The position numbers and the translations under genes were made by a program. Source: a bacterium (lineage in GTDB: Bacteria > JAAXHH01). From it: a stretch of 64,000 nucleotides of DNA. The notes beneath the pieces were generated by a model. That model made no database searches and was not told the DNA's origin. It was given only the letters and a program-made list of their open reading frames with translations. The DNA lies in NCBI GenBank assembly GCA_965200485.1, contig CBDAUD010000001.1, forward strand, positions 123,858-187,857, written 5' to 3'. This document shows positions 50,486 through 60,818 of this stretch, in pieces (positions within the stretch are counted from its first letter, which is position 1; each line of letters begins with the position of its first letter).

Positions 50486-51496
50486 ATGCAACTGGGCATG
50501 GTCGGACTTGGCCGGATGGGCGGCAACATGACCCGCCGACTGTTGCGAGGCGGCCACACCGTCATTGCGTACGACCCCGACCAGGAAGCGGTCCGCGAAG
50601 CGGTTGCAGCCGGAGCCGCTGGTTCCCCGTCCCTGCATGATCTCGTGGCTGGCCTCGAAGCGCCTCGCACGGTGTGGGTCATGGTGCCGGCCGGCGACAC
50701 TACGGAAAAAACCGTTGGTGAACTGGCGGAACGACTGTCCCCTGGTGATACCGTCGTGGACGGGGGAAACACCTATTTCAAGGACGACGTAGTCCGCGCG
50801 GAGAAACTGGCCGCCAGAAAGCTGCATTACATTGACGTAGGCACCAGCGGGGGCGTGTGGGGTCTCGAGCGAGGCTATTGCATGTCCATCGGGGGGCCCG
50901 CGGAGATTGTCGAACGTCTGGTCCCGCTGTTCGAGACGCTGGCCCCGGGGCCCGAGACGGAAAGTTCATCTGAATCGAACGCCCCGGACCGTTCCAGAAC
51001 CCGGGAAAAACGCGGTTCCAATGCCCGGAAGGGCTACGTCCACGTGGGACCGGCAGGGGCCGGGCACTTCGTCAAAATGATCCACAACGGGATCGAATAC
51101 GGCATGATGCAGGCTTTCGCGGAAGGGCTTGAAATCCTGCACGAAGCCGGATCCGGCCGGGTAGACCCGCGTCATCGGTACGACCTGGACCTGCACGACA
51201 TAGCCGAAGTATGGCGACACGGCAGTGTGGTCAGTTCCTGGCTGTTGGATCTTCTTGAAATCGCCTTGCGGGAGGATCGGGATCTGACGGCGTATTCCGG
51301 TCACGTCCAGGACTCGGGAGAAGGCCGTTGGACGGTACAGACGGCCATTGAGGAGGACGTACCCGCCCACGTGCTTACGGCTTCGCTCTTCACGAGGTTC
51401 CAGTCCCGGCAGGACGTATCCTACGCCGCGCGGGTGCTTTCGGCCCTGCGTCACCAGTTCGGCGGCCACGTGGAACCTGGCAAGAATCGGGGATGA
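50486..51496 (+). CDS. gnd: 6-phosphogluconate dehydrogenase (decarboxylating, short type)
   Basis: GLGRMG, DGGN, GTSGG, GHFVKMIHNGIEYG, DSGEGRW and FGGH. Confidence 0.93.
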   Translation: MQLGMVGLGRMGGNMTRRLLRGGHTVIAYDPDQEAVREAVAAGAAGSPSLHDLVAGLEAPRTVWVMVPAGDTTEKTVGELAERLSPGDTVVDGGNTYFKDDVVRAEKLAARKLHYIDVGTSGGVWGLERGYCMSIGGPAEIVERLVPLFETLAPGPETESSSESNAPDRSRTREKRGSNARKGYVHVGPAGAGHFVKMIHNGIEYGMMQAFAEGLEILHEAGSGRVDPRHRYDLDLHDIAEVWRHGSVVSSWLLDLLEIALREDRDLTAYSGHVQDSGEGRWTVQTAIEEDVPAHVLTASLFTRFQSRQDVSYAARVLSALRHQFGGHVEPGKNRG

Positions 51497-52152
51497 CCAT
51501 GATTCAAATCTCTCCATCGATCCTGTCCGCAGACTTCACCCGCCTGGCTGATCAGGTCCGTGCCGTGGAACACGCGGGCGCCGATCGAATACATGTTGAT
51601 GTGATGGATGGTCGATTCGTTCCGAATATCACCATGGGACCCTTTATCGTAGAGGCCATCCGCTCCGTTACGGACCTCCCGCTGGAAGCCCACTTGATGA
51701 TTGAGGATCCGGATCGTTACATCGATGTTTTTATGGATGCCGGGGCGGACGTGATCATCGTGCACCAGGAGAACACGGACCACCTTCACCGCGTGGTGCA
51801 GTCCATCAAAGAACGGGGCAACCAGGCGGGAGTCGCCCTGAATCCTGCGACGCCCGCTCAGGGAATAGACGAGATCATCGACGATCTCGACCTCGTGCTG
51901 ATCATGTCGGTCAACCCGGGGTTCTCGGGCCAGCGCTTCATTGAATCCGTGCTGCCGAAGATCCGCCAGATCCGGGATACCATTGCGGAACGGGAAATCA
52001 CCTGCGACCTTGAGGTGGACGGCGGCGTGAACGGCGACACCGCGCCGGCTGCCGTGTCGGCCGGCGTCAACGTCCTTGTGGCCGCCACAGCGGTCTTCAA
52101 GCATCCGGAAGGCATCGTCGAAGGCGTTCGATCCCTTCGCGAATACGCCTGA
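51493..52152 (+). CDS. rpe: Ribulose-phosphate 3-epimerase
   Basis: SPSILSADF, HVDVMDGRFVPNIT, HLM, MSVNPGF and VDGG. Confidence 0.97.
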   Translation: MTMIQISPSILSADFTRLADQVRAVEHAGADRIHVDVMDGRFVPNITMGPFIVEAIRSVTDLPLEAHLMIEDPDRYIDVFMDAGADVIIVHQENTDHLHRVVQSIKERGNQAGVALNPATPAQGIDEIIDDLDLVLIMSVNPGFSGQRFIESVLPKIRQIRDTIAEREITCDLEVDGGVNGDTAPAAVSAGVNVLVAATAVFKHPEGIVEGVRSLREYA

Positions 52153-52291
52153 TCCCCGAATCTCCAGTGTGCAGGGCTGAATCTGCGGTGCGCTGGCCGG
52201 GATACCCGGCACACTGGCTAGCATCCACCGGCGTTGCGAATCCGTTCCCCGGACAGTCCGTCTCCGTTCCCCCGGAACTCGGCGTCTTCGG

Positions 52292-53677
52292 TCAGACCAC
52301 CGTCCTTTTCCAAGTTCCCTTGAAGTAGCGTCTTAGCGTAAGCATGCCCTGCAATGCGGCCGCGGCAAGCCAGGCAAGCCAGATTCCCGTCACGTCGAGT
52401 CCCAGCGGGAAGGCCAAGACGTAGGCGAACAGGAGCATGATACCCCACTGGGAGACGAGGGTGTAGTAGAGCGACGGACGGGTCTCGCCGCCGCCTGACA
52501 GCACGCCGCTGGCCACGATGGACAGCGCGGAGAAAACCTGCGCGATGGCGAAGAAACGCAACATGGGACCGCTGATGTCCAGGACGGCTTCGTCGGCCGT
52601 GAATGCCGCGGCGATGGCATGGGTGAATGTCCATATCACCGCCGAGCCGGCCACGACCAGGATCATACATGCGAGGATGGTCTGTCCGCCGTACTGCTCC
52701 GCCGACCGGACTTGGTGTCCGCCGAGCTTCTGTCCGACCAGAGAGGTCGCCGCGACCGAGAAGGCCAAGGCGGGCATGATGGCGAAGAGGCGGATCTGAA
52801 ATCCCATGGTCAGCGCCGCGATGGCCGCCGTGGGGCGGGCGACGCCCGACACCACCCGGTAGAGCAGCACGCGCGCGCCGTTACGAAAGAAACCGGACGC
52901 GCCGGACGGCAGACCGATCTCGAGCATGCGAGACATGATATGCCAGTCCGGCCTGATGCGCCACTTGCGAGAAAGCCGCACCTGGCCGCGGCCCCGCACC
53001 AGTATGGAGAAACCGATGACACATCCGGCCAGCCGGGAGACGATCATGCCCAAAGCCGCGCCAGCCACACCCAGGGCGGGCAATCCCCAGGCGCCGAAGA
53101 TGAATCCGTACGAGATCAGGCATTTCACGATAATGACGATTACGGAGATCTTCAGCGGTGTGCGCGTATCGCCCACGCCCCCGAAGATTGCGCTCATCAC
53201 GTAGTTCAGGATCATGAAGATCATGCCGGCGCAGTAGAGCCTCAGGAAGAGGATGCCATGGACCAGCACTTCTTCAGGAGCACCGAGCAGAGACAACGCG
53301 GGCCTGGTGAGCACGATGCCCAGACCCGCGAGGACCAGGGCCAGACAGGCGCCCATCAGAAGCGCCTGCTGGGCGGTCCGGCCGACGTCCCCGTGTCGCT
53401 CGGCGCCATAGAACTGGGCCACCAGCGTTCGGGTGCCTCCGGTAATCGAAATGGCCATGACCATGACGATGAACACGATCTGACGGCTCATGCCAACGGC
53501 GGAGATCGCCGCGGGACCGAGAAATCCCACCAGATAGAGGTCGACGAGGCCTTCTGTGGCGTCGATCAGCGAAGCGACGACTACGGGCCAGGCTATGGCC
53601 CAGACATGGCGGAGCACCTGCGAAGGAGGATCATCTTTGTCGGCCGGTTTCGGGGAAACGGCGTTATGGTCGGGCAT
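52292..53677 (-). CDS. MATE family efflux transporter
   Basis: AWP, D...VGFLG...SAVG, VAQFYGA, GDTRTPL, IGLP, VGQKLG and GGETR. Confidence 0.9.
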   Translation of the reverse strand: MPDHNAVSPKPADKDDPPSQVLRHVWAIAWPVVVASLIDATEGLVDLYLVGFLGPAAISAVGMSRQIVFIVMVMAISITGGTRTLVAQFYGAERHGDVGRTAQQALLMGACLALVLAGLGIVLTRPALSLLGAPEEVLVHGILFLRLYCAGMIFMILNYVMSAIFGGVGDTRTPLKISVIVIIVKCLISYGFIFGAWGLPALGVAGAALGMIVSRLAGCVIGFSILVRGRGQVRLSRKWRIRPDWHIMSRMLEIGLPSGASGFFRNGARVLLYRVVSGVARPTAAIAALTMGFQIRLFAIMPALAFSVAATSLVGQKLGGHQVRSAEQYGGQTILACMILVVAGSAVIWTFTHAIAAAFTADEAVLDISGPMLRFFAIAQVFSALSIVASGVLSGGGETRPSLYYTLVSQWGIMLLFAYVLAFPLGLDVTGIWLAWLAAAALQGMLTLRRYFKGTWKRTVV

Positions 53678-53895
53678 GGCGTTCAAAGTACCTCCGCGCG
53701 ATGTGAACGACAAGGCAATTCAGCGCCGGTGCCCTGCTGGTTCGGGTTGTGATCCGGAGCGATGGATGGCGAGAGAGATAAGCAATGACAGGTCAGGCCG
53801 TACACCGTATATTTCTGTTGCGAATCTGGAACCATTTGGCTTGACGCGACGAACTGTTGTGTATGGACGGGCGGTATCCAAACGGAGGCATCAAC

Positions 53896-55191
53896 ATGCG
53901 TGGCATGCGAGGGGCGTCGTGCCCCACGGGATCTTGGCTGGCGTTCAGTCTGTTGCTCGCGGTACTCCTGGCGTGCGGCAAGGAGGATCCGGTAACGCCC
54001 GAGCCGATGGAACCGGCGGAACCGGTCGAACAACCCGCACTGAAGATCGGCCTGTTGATCGACCTGACCGCGAGCGGATCGGAACACGGCATACCCATGC
54101 GGCGGGGCTTCGAAATGGCAATCCGGCATATCAACGAGGTGGGCGTCCTGGGAGAGCCGGTCGTGGGGGTGGTGGGCGACACGCAACTTGACGCAGACAC
54201 GGCCGTATCCCAAGCGACCGAAATGATAGAGCTGGAAGGCGTCCACGCCATTGTGGGGGCGTGGGCGAGTTCTTCAACGCTTGCCATTGTCGATAACGTG
54301 ACTGCCGAAGCCGGCATTCCCACTATTTCCCCCGCCTCTTCTTCACCCGCACTTACGACCGCCGTGGACAACGATTTCCTGTTTCGTACCACCCTTTCCG
54401 ATCGCGACCAGGGACCGGTGCTTGCGAAGATCACGCTGGATCAGGGCTTCGGCAACGTAGGCCTCATCTACCGCGACGACGTCTGGGGCAGGGGGTTGGC
54501 AGATGCCTTCACGGAGGCCTGGGAAGGCAGGCTGAACCGGATCGCGGTAGATCCTGCACAAACGGCGTTTGCAGATGAATTGAATCAAAGCAAAGGGACC
54601 GCGCTCGCTGACGAATTTCAGACTCAGGCCCTGGTTGTCCTGGCCTTTCAGCCCCAGCAGGAATCCATCGTGCGCGAGGCCCTGGACGCGGGACTTTTCA
54701 CCCACTTCATCTTCGGACCCACCGGCAGGAGCCTGGACCTGCTCCGATCAATCGGTCCGGCGCACCTCGCCGGCATGCGGGGCACTTCGCCCGGCGCGGC
54801 GGAGAATACCCGTTCAGCGCTGGCATGGGAGGACGCCTACCGGAACGCCTATGGGACGCCACCGCCCTATCCCTACGTGCGGCAGACCTACGATGCAACC
54901 GTGGCGCTGGCGCTGGCAACCCAAGCGGCGGGCAGTCTCGAAGGCGCTGCAATACGGGACCAGCTTCGCAGCATCAGCAAACCGCCCGGCGAGTCCATCA
55001 TCGCGGAGGCCAGCAGCATCGCGAGCGGTTTGCGCGTCCTGGCAAGTGGTGGACAGGTCAACTACGAAGGGGCGTCCATGCCTTTGGACTGGGACGAAAA
55101 CGGCGATCTTGGATCCGGTTTCGTGGCAGTATGGCAGTTTACCGAATTCGGAACCATTGAAGTGATCCGGACCGAACCGTTCGCACACTGA
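53896..55191 (+). CDS. Branched-chain amino acid-type ABC substrate-binding lipoprotein (orphan)
   Basis: Lipobox LLAC, ISPASSSPALT, FLFRTT...D..QG, YDA and YEGAS...DWDENGD. Confidence 0.88.
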   Translation: MRGMRGASCPTGSWLAFSLLLAVLLACGKEDPVTPEPMEPAEPVEQPALKIGLLIDLTASGSEHGIPMRRGFEMAIRHINEVGVLGEPVVGVVGDTQLDADTAVSQATEMIELEGVHAIVGAWASSSTLAIVDNVTAEAGIPTISPASSSPALTTAVDNDFLFRTTLSDRDQGPVLAKITLDQGFGNVGLIYRDDVWGRGLADAFTEAWEGRLNRIAVDPAQTAFADELNQSKGTALADEFQTQALVVLAFQPQQESIVREALDAGLFTHFIFGPTGRSLDLLRSIGPAHLAGMRGTSPGAAENTRSALAWEDAYRNAYGTPPPYPYVRQTYDATVALALATQAAGSLEGAAIRDQLRSISKPPGESIIAEASSIASGLRVLASGGQVNYEGASMPLDWDENGDLGSGFVAVWQFTEFGTIEVIRTEPFAH

Positions 55192-55228
55192 ACCGAACGA
55201 CCCGGAAGACGCAAGGCCCACCTGGACG

Positions 55229-55260
55229 AAAAAGGGGAGCGCGTGTACGCGCTCCCCTTT
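55229..55260. terminator. Bidirectional intrinsic terminator
   Basis: Perfect hairpin AAAGGGGAGCGCGT-GT-ACGCGCTCCCCTTT between the convergent SBP gene and tRNA. Confidence 0.8.
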
Positions 55261-55282
55261 CGCATGTCCTGTGCGACGTGTA

Positions 55283-55357
55283 TGACCCCAACGGGATTTG
55301 AACCCGTGTTGCCGCCGTGAAAGGGCGGTGTCCTTGGCCAGGCTAGACGATGGGGTC
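55283..55357 (-). tRNA. tRNA-Glu (TTC), CCA not encoded
   Basis: Minus strand GACCCCA...TGGGGTC acceptor stem, anticodon arm CCGCC-CTTTCAC-GGCGG and T-loop GGTTCAAATCC. Confidence 0.95.
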
Positions 55358-55378
55358 GGCTTCTTCCAAAACCGTCCT

Positions 55379-55407
55379 AAAATACGAGACGAAGCCGGAA
55401 AACGCAA
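55379..55407 (-). promoter_or_regulatory. Putative sigma70 promoter of tRNA-Glu
   Basis: Minus strand TTGCGT-N17-TATTTT about 20 nt before the tRNA. Confidence 0.5.
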
Positions 55408-55511
55408 GTTTTTTTGCCGCAGGCGCCATCACACCGACACGGGCGTTCACGTTGCCACGAGCCGTATCTTCACGGCACCCGACATGCGCTCAGCGAAAGA
55501 TTTGCCGTGCC

Positions 55512-56216
55512 TCATGATATGCCGATCAAACGGGGGACGTCCGTCAGCCGCCGGATGGAGGGAAGCCGATAACGCGCGTACTTTTCATGACGGTCGATGA
55601 GGAGCGCGTCCAGGCCGATGCGTTCGGCAGGCAGTATATCCTCCTCGGGATGATCACCGATGTAAAGCGTTCGGTCGATCGGAGCTTCCGCGCGATCGAT
55701 GGCCATCCGAAAGATCGTCTCGCCGGGTTTTTCGCAACCTGCTTCGGCGGAAACGACGAGGAATTGGAAGTATCGGGCGAGGTCGTGTCGCTCAAGCACG
55801 AGCCTGAGATGTTCCGACCAGTTCGACAGCACGCCGAGACGCACACCGCAGGCCTTCAGGGATTCGAGGGTGGGCCGGACGTCGCGGTACACATCGAGAT
55901 ACCTGCCGTCCTGAAACCGTTCATAGTATCTCTGCAATCCGGGTAGCGGGTCGCCCGCGATACCCGCCGCTCCGAATACCTGCGCATAGAGATCCAGAAA
56001 GTACCGCCGCGTCTGCTCCGGCGTACTCATGCGGCCTTCACGCAACCGGAATCGGGGTTCCTTCATGACCTCTGCCAAGGCCGCTTTTACCTGGTCCAGC
56101 GTGATCGGCGTACCGAGCTCCCCGGCCGCAACAACGAAGAACTCCTCGAAGAAATCCGGAGAATCCCTTCCTATCAGGGTGCCCGCCGCATCGAAAATCA
56201 CGGTATCGTAGAACAT
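55512..56216 (-). CDS. HAD-IA family hydrolase
   Basis: FDAAGTL, LSNW, EKPG...IF and IGDHPEED; alternative start 56237. Confidence 0.88.
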   Translation of the reverse strand: MFYDTVIFDAAGTLIGRDSPDFFEEFFVVAAGELGTPITLDQVKAALAEVMKEPRFRLREGRMSTPEQTRRYFLDLYAQVFGAAGIAGDPLPGLQRYYERFQDGRYLDVYRDVRPTLESLKACGVRLGVLSNWSEHLRLVLERHDLARYFQFLVVSAEAGCEKPGETIFRMAIDRAEAPIDRTLYIGDHPEEDILPAERIGLDALLIDRHEKYARYRLPSIRRLTDVPRLIGIS

Positions 56217-56238
56217 GGTGAATCCGTGCCGATTCAAG

Positions 56239-57249
56239 TCATTCGGCGGGCATGCCCCATTTTTCTGCAGCGAGATGCTTCACGGCGGGGTTGACCAATC
56301 CGTCTTCGGGCCAGCGGCCGCTGAGGATGCTGACCAGTTGCCTACCGGCCTTTTTTGCTCGCTCTACGGTGCCCCGCACCGAGGAAGAAGCGTAATGGGG
56401 GGTGAGGACCACCTGCTCCATGCTGCGCAACGGGTTGTCCGCAGCCGGCGGCTCCTGTTCCTGCACATCCAGTCCCGCACCGGCGATCCATGCTTCCTGT
56501 AGCGCCCGGATCAGCGCTTTTTCGTCCACCACCCTGCCCCGGCCGGTATTGATAAAATAGGCGGAAGGTTTCATATGCCTGAAGTCCCGCTCTCCGATGA
56601 GGTGGTGCGTCTTCGGCGTGAGCGGCACGTGACACGAAACGAAGTCCGATTCGGCAAACAGCGTCTCCTGATCGACCATGGTCACCCCCCAGGGAGCGGC
56701 CTCGGCCTGGGTGACGGCGGGGTCGCTGGCCAGGACGCGCAGCTCGAAACCCGCGGCGATCTTTGCCATGGCCCGTCCGATGTTCCCGAAGGAAACAAGA
56801 CCGAGCGTCTGTCCATAGAGATGCTGTATCGCGCCCCGCGCGACGGGCCTTCTCTCGATCATGGCCCGGTTGATCGGCATCAGCCGACGCGCCAGCGCGA
56901 GCAGCAGCATCATGGCGTGCTGGGCGACTTCCCGTTCGAATACGCCGGGAATATTGTAGACGATGATGCCCCGTTCCGTGGCCGCTTCCACATCAATGAA
57001 ATCCACGCCGATCCCGCCGGCGCCCACGACGCGAATCCGCTCGGGCAACCGTTCCACAGCGTCTCGGGAATAGGTCAGGCCGCCCTGGGTGAATCCGTCC
57101 ACGTCCCGCGCGTCCTCCAGCATTTCCTCCATCGTTCGGCAGGGGCGGATCTTAAGCTCGGCGCCAATGGTTTCCAGTTCGTCCCTGATGTACTGGTTGG
57201 GACCCGGATGATCGGGATCGCCTGCCGCGAGGATGGTAAATCGAGCCAT
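56239..57249 (-). CDS. D-isomer specific 2-hydroxyacid dehydrogenase (CtBP-like)
   Basis: GIGVDFID, FGNIG, HVPLT, INTGRG, LDVQEQEP and TPHYA. Confidence 0.88.
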   Translation of the reverse strand: MARFTILAAGDPDHPGPNQYIRDELETIGAELKIRPCRTMEEMLEDARDVDGFTQGGLTYSRDAVERLPERIRVVGAGGIGVDFIDVEAATERGIIVYNIPGVFEREVAQHAMMLLLALARRLMPINRAMIERRPVARGAIQHLYGQTLGLVSFGNIGRAMAKIAAGFELRVLASDPAVTQAEAAPWGVTMVDQETLFAESDFVSCHVPLTPKTHHLIGERDFRHMKPSAYFINTGRGRVVDEKALIRALQEAWIAGAGLDVQEQEPPAADNPLRSMEQVVLTPHYASSSVRGTVERAKKAGRQLVSILSGRWPEDGLVNPAVKHLAAEKWGMPAE

Positions 57250-57397
57250 GCGAACTCCTTCGGATGAGGCTATCGGGTGATAATGACGTTCGGAATTCTA
57301 CTAAGCGTGGCATCGTAATGCAAGAGACGATTGGATCGAACACGAAATAGGGAAGGCATGGACGGCGTCGACGGATGGCCGAGGTGACGCGCTGCCC

Positions 57398-57426
57398 TTG
57401 ACTAACAGGAAAGAAACCTATACATA
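57398..57426 (+). promoter_or_regulatory. Putative sigma70 promoter of the dipeptidase-lar cluster
   Basis: TTGACT-N17-TACATA. Confidence 0.5.
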
Positions 57427-57486
57427 ACGAACATCCTCGAAGCCGCAGACCATGGTCGATATGGCACAGATCGATACCTGTTCAAC

Positions 57487-58797
57487 ATGAATACAAGGCA
57501 CCGGGAGCACTCAATGCATACGTTCGCCCTTTGGCTGACCGGCCTCTGCTTTGTCGCGCTGACCACCACTTGCTCACCGACGGAGGAGCCCATGCCTGAA
57601 GACCCCGTCGAGCGCGCCAAGGCGCTGCATGCGAAAGTCCCGTTGATCGACGGACACAACGACCTGCCCTGGCAATACCGCAACCGAGCGAACCGGGATG
57701 TCTGGGCGATGGACATCGCCGAACCGCAGCCAGATCTGCACACCGATATACCGCGGCTGCGCGAAGGCATGCTGGGCGCCCAGTTCTGGTCGGTTTACGT
57801 CCCCACTTCGATGCAGGGGAAGGAAGCCGTGCGGGCTACGCTTGAGGAAATCGACATCGTATACCAGATGATCGCGCGGTACCCGGACACGTTTCAGCTG
57901 GCCACAACGGCCGACGAGGTGGAGGTGGCCTTCGCCGCGGGAAAAATCGCGTCCCTGATAGGCATGGAAGGCGGTCATTCCATTGATTCTTCTCTGGGCG
58001 CGCTCCGCATGTTTCATCGACTGGGCGTCAGATACATGACGCTGACCCACAGCTGGAACGTGCCCTGGGCGGACTCCGCCACCGACACCGTGGGGGTCGG
58101 CGGCCTGACGAAGTTCGGAGAGGAAGTGGTTCGGGAGATGAACCGCCTGGGCATGTTGGTGGATCTGTCCCATGTCTCCCTGGCGACCATGCGGGACGCC
58201 CTGCGCGTGACGGAGGCCCCGGTCATCTTCAGCCATTCCTCGTCGCGTGCGAAGTGCGACCATGTGCGCAACGTCCCGGATGACGTGCTGCGGCGTCTGG
58301 CCGAAAACGGCGGCATCGTCATGGTCACTTTCGTTCCCGCCTATATTTCGGAGGAAACACGCCTGCACGGCGTGAAACGCGGCGAAGAACGGGAGCGGCT
58401 CACGTTGATGCCGGGCAGTACGGATGAATCCGTGGCGCAAGGCATGGCCGCCTGGAACCAGGCGCATCCCGCGCCGCGCGCCACCCTCGAGCAGGTCGCC
58501 GATCATATCGACCACATCCAGCAGGTGGCGGGCATGGATCACGTCGGCATCGGGGGAGACTATGACGGCATTTCGACGGTGGTGGCAGGGCTGGAGGATG
58601 TCTCCACGTACCCGATGCTGACCGCAGAACTGATCCGGCGCGGATACGCGGACGAAAGTATCATGAAAATCCTCGGACGCAACGTGCTTCGCGTGATGCG
58701 CGAAGCGGAGGAAGTAGCGGTCCGTTTGCAGCGGGAGCGCAATGCCTCGGGTGCCCGGATTGAAGTCCTGGACGGGACCTTGCCAAGTGGGGAATAG
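57487..58797 (+). CDS. Membrane dipeptidase (peptidase M19), probably a lipoprotein
   Basis: [41 protein letters not shown] and GGDYDG. Confidence 0.92.
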   Translation: MNTRHREHSMHTFALWLTGLCFVALTTTCSPTEEPMPEDPVERAKALHAKVPLIDGHNDLPWQYRNRANRDVWAMDIAEPQPDLHTDIPRLREGMLGAQFWSVYVPTSMQGKEAVRATLEEIDIVYQMIARYPDTFQLATTADEVEVAFAAGKIASLIGMEGGHSIDSSLGALRMFHRLGVRYMTLTHSWNVPWADSATDTVGVGGLTKFGEEVVREMNRLGMLVDLSHVSLATMRDALRVTEAPVIFSHSSSRAKCDHVRNVPDDVLRRLAENGGIVMVTFVPAYISEETRLHGVKRGEERERLTLMPGSTDESVAQGMAAWNQAHPAPRATLEQVADHIDHIQQVAGMDHVGIGGDYDGISTVVAGLEDVSTYPMLTAELIRRGYADESIMKILGRNVLRVMREAEEVAVRLQRERNASGARIEVLDGTLPSGE

Positions 58798-58905
58798 GCT
58801 GGACGGACGCAGGTGCGCCGCGTGGGAAGACACGGCGTGGAGACCACGGCGCATCTATTGGAAAGTCGGCGGCGGAGCATGCCTCCTCCGATCGCTCGGC
58901 ATGCC

Positions 58906-59658
58906 ATGAACGAATCACAGATCAGACAACTGCTTGAGCAGGTCCATTCGGGCGAAATGCCCGTAAACGAAGCGACCATGCGACTGCGATCCCTGCCCTT
59001 CGAGGACCTGGGTTTCGCACAGGTGGACCACCACAGAGCACTGCGCTGCGGGTTTCCCGAGGTGATTTTCTGTGCGGGGAAAACCGACGCGCAGGTCGGC
59101 GCAATCGCGGAACGCATTGTCGCGTCGGGCAACGATCTGCTCGCCACGCGGGCGACGCCGGCCATGTACGAAGCCGTGAAGGCGCAGTGTCCCTCCGCGG
59201 CGTATCATGATGCCGCCCGCACCATCGTGGTCCAGGAGACCTGGCAGGACCAGGGCAGCGGCGAAGTCCTGGTCGTCTCTGCCGGAACGAGCGATATCCC
59301 GGTGGCCGAAGAGGCCGCAGTGACCGCCCGGGTGCTGGGAAACAGGGTCGAACGCCTGTTCGACGTCGGCGTGGCCGGCATCCACCGCCTCTTTTCCCAC
59401 CGCGAGACCATCATGAATGCGTCCGTACTCATCGTCGCGGCGGGCATGGAAGGCGCATTGCCCAGCGTAGTCGGCGGCATGGTCTCCAGACCGGTGATCG
59501 CCGTGCCTACAAGCGTGGGGTACGGCGCCAGTTTCAACGGACTAGCTGCGCTCCTGGGCATGCTGAACAGCTGCGCCTCCGGGGTCACCGTGGTGAATAT
59601 AGACGGCGGATTCAACGCCGGCTACGCGGCGGCCCTCATCAACAGGAAACACGCATAG
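58906..59658 (+). CDS. larB: Nickel pincer cofactor biosynthesis protein LarB
   Basis: DLGFAQVDHHR...GFPEVIF, AGTSDIPVAEEA, DVGVAGIHRL, AGMEGALPSVVGG, PTSVGYG and LNSCASG. Confidence 0.93.
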   Translation: MNESQIRQLLEQVHSGEMPVNEATMRLRSLPFEDLGFAQVDHHRALRCGFPEVIFCAGKTDAQVGAIAERIVASGNDLLATRATPAMYEAVKAQCPSAAYHDAARTIVVQETWQDQGSGEVLVVSAGTSDIPVAEEAAVTARVLGNRVERLFDVGVAGIHRLFSHRETIMNASVLIVAAGMEGALPSVVGGMVSRPVIAVPTSVGYGASFNGLAALLGMLNSCASGVTVVNIDGGFNAGYAAALINRKHA

Positions 59659-59672
59659 AGACGGCGGGTCCG

Positions 59673-60818
59673 ATGGCTCTGGCGGGGTATTTCGACCAGT
59701 TATCCGGTTTCGCTTCGGACCTGCTGCTCGGTGCGCTGATCGACGCGGGAGCGAACCGGAACGCGCTTGAAGCGGCCTTGAAACGCCACCACGGCGTGGA
59801 CTGCGAGATCCAGGTCGCACCGGGGCGGACCAGACACGGGCACGGAACGTGCGTTTCCCTGTCGTACGCCGACGCGTCCGTGCCAGAAACCTACCGGGCC
59901 ATAGCGGAAGGCGGAGCGGATTCCCCGGTCGGCGTGCTGCTCGGCAGGGTGATCGACCATCTCGAAAGGAACGTGAACGCGCTTTGGGGGGGGCGGGATC
60001 ACCCCCCGACCGCGCAGGAGTTGGGCGGTCGTCACACCGCATTGCGTATCCTCACCCTGTGCCACGCCCTTCATCTTCACGAAATTGATGTCCTCTACCA
60101 TGGCGCGCTCCCCTTCGCCTCGGGCATAGAGGCCACACCGCCGCTCCTGGCCGCTCTGATGCGAGGCGCCGTCATCCATCCTGTCGACCACGCCCCGACC
60201 GACCTGCCCGGCTGTGCCGTTTTGACTGCGCTCTCGGCGGGGTCCTTGTATCCGTCCCGCTTTACGTTTCGAACGGTGGGCTACGGGAGCACGGAGGCCG
60301 GCCGTGATCATGGAGACGTTGTTCGGCTGTGCGTAGGCCGCGTCGTCGGCCAACCGGTCGATGCGGAGGACGCCGTGCAGGTTCTGGAAACACAGATTGA
60401 CGACATGAATCCGCAGTTCTACAGCCATGTCCTGGACCTGCTGCTGGAAGCCGGCGCGCGAGACGCCTTCCTGACGCCCGTGATTATGAAAAAAGGCAGA
60501 CCGGGCGTTCTGCTCACCGTGCTGGCGCCGGTCGCGCTGGCCGGCCGGCTTTCCGACGTGATTTTCCGGGAAACGACAACAATAGGCATCAGAAGCCATC
60601 CCGTTTCCCGGAGCGTGCTCTCCCGAAGCGAAACAACCGTCGAAACCCGATATGGCGGGATCCGGATCAAAATCGTACGGCATGGCGATGCGCGGCGCTA
60701 CACCCCCGAATACGAAGACTGCCGCCGGGCAGCGCGAAAAAACGAAGTACCGCTTGCCGACGTGTATACGGCCGTCCACGAGGCCGCCGGGCGTCTGGGA
60801 CTGGACCATCTGCCGTGA
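59673..60818 (+). CDS. larC: LarC-family nickel insertion protein with a divergent N-terminal half
   Basis: YFDQLSG...DLLLGALIDAG, GYG, LETQIDDMNPQ, MKKGRPG, ETTTIGIR and PEYEDC. Confidence 0.82.
   Translation: MALAGYFDQLSGFASDLLLGALIDAGANRNALEAALKRHHGVDCEIQVAPGRTRHGHGTCVSLSYADASVPETYRAIAEGGADSPVGVLLGRVIDHLERNVNALWGGRDHPPTAQELGGRHTALRILTLCHALHLHEIDVLYHGALPFASGIEATPPLLAALMRGAVIHPVDHAPTDLPGCAVLTALSAGSLYPSRFTFRTVGYGSTEAGRDHGDVVRLCVGRVVGQPVDAEDAVQVLETQIDDMNPQFYSHVLDLLLEAGARDAFLTPVIMKKGRPGVLLTVLAPVALAGRLSDVIFRETTTIGIRSHPVSRSVLSRSETTVETRYGGIRIKIVRHGDARRYTPEYEDCRRAARKNEVPLADVYTAVHEAAGRLGLDHLP

Noticed and set aside
55283-55357. tRNA-Glu as an island attachment site
   Set aside because: No integrase and no duplicated tRNA 3' end was seen in the window.
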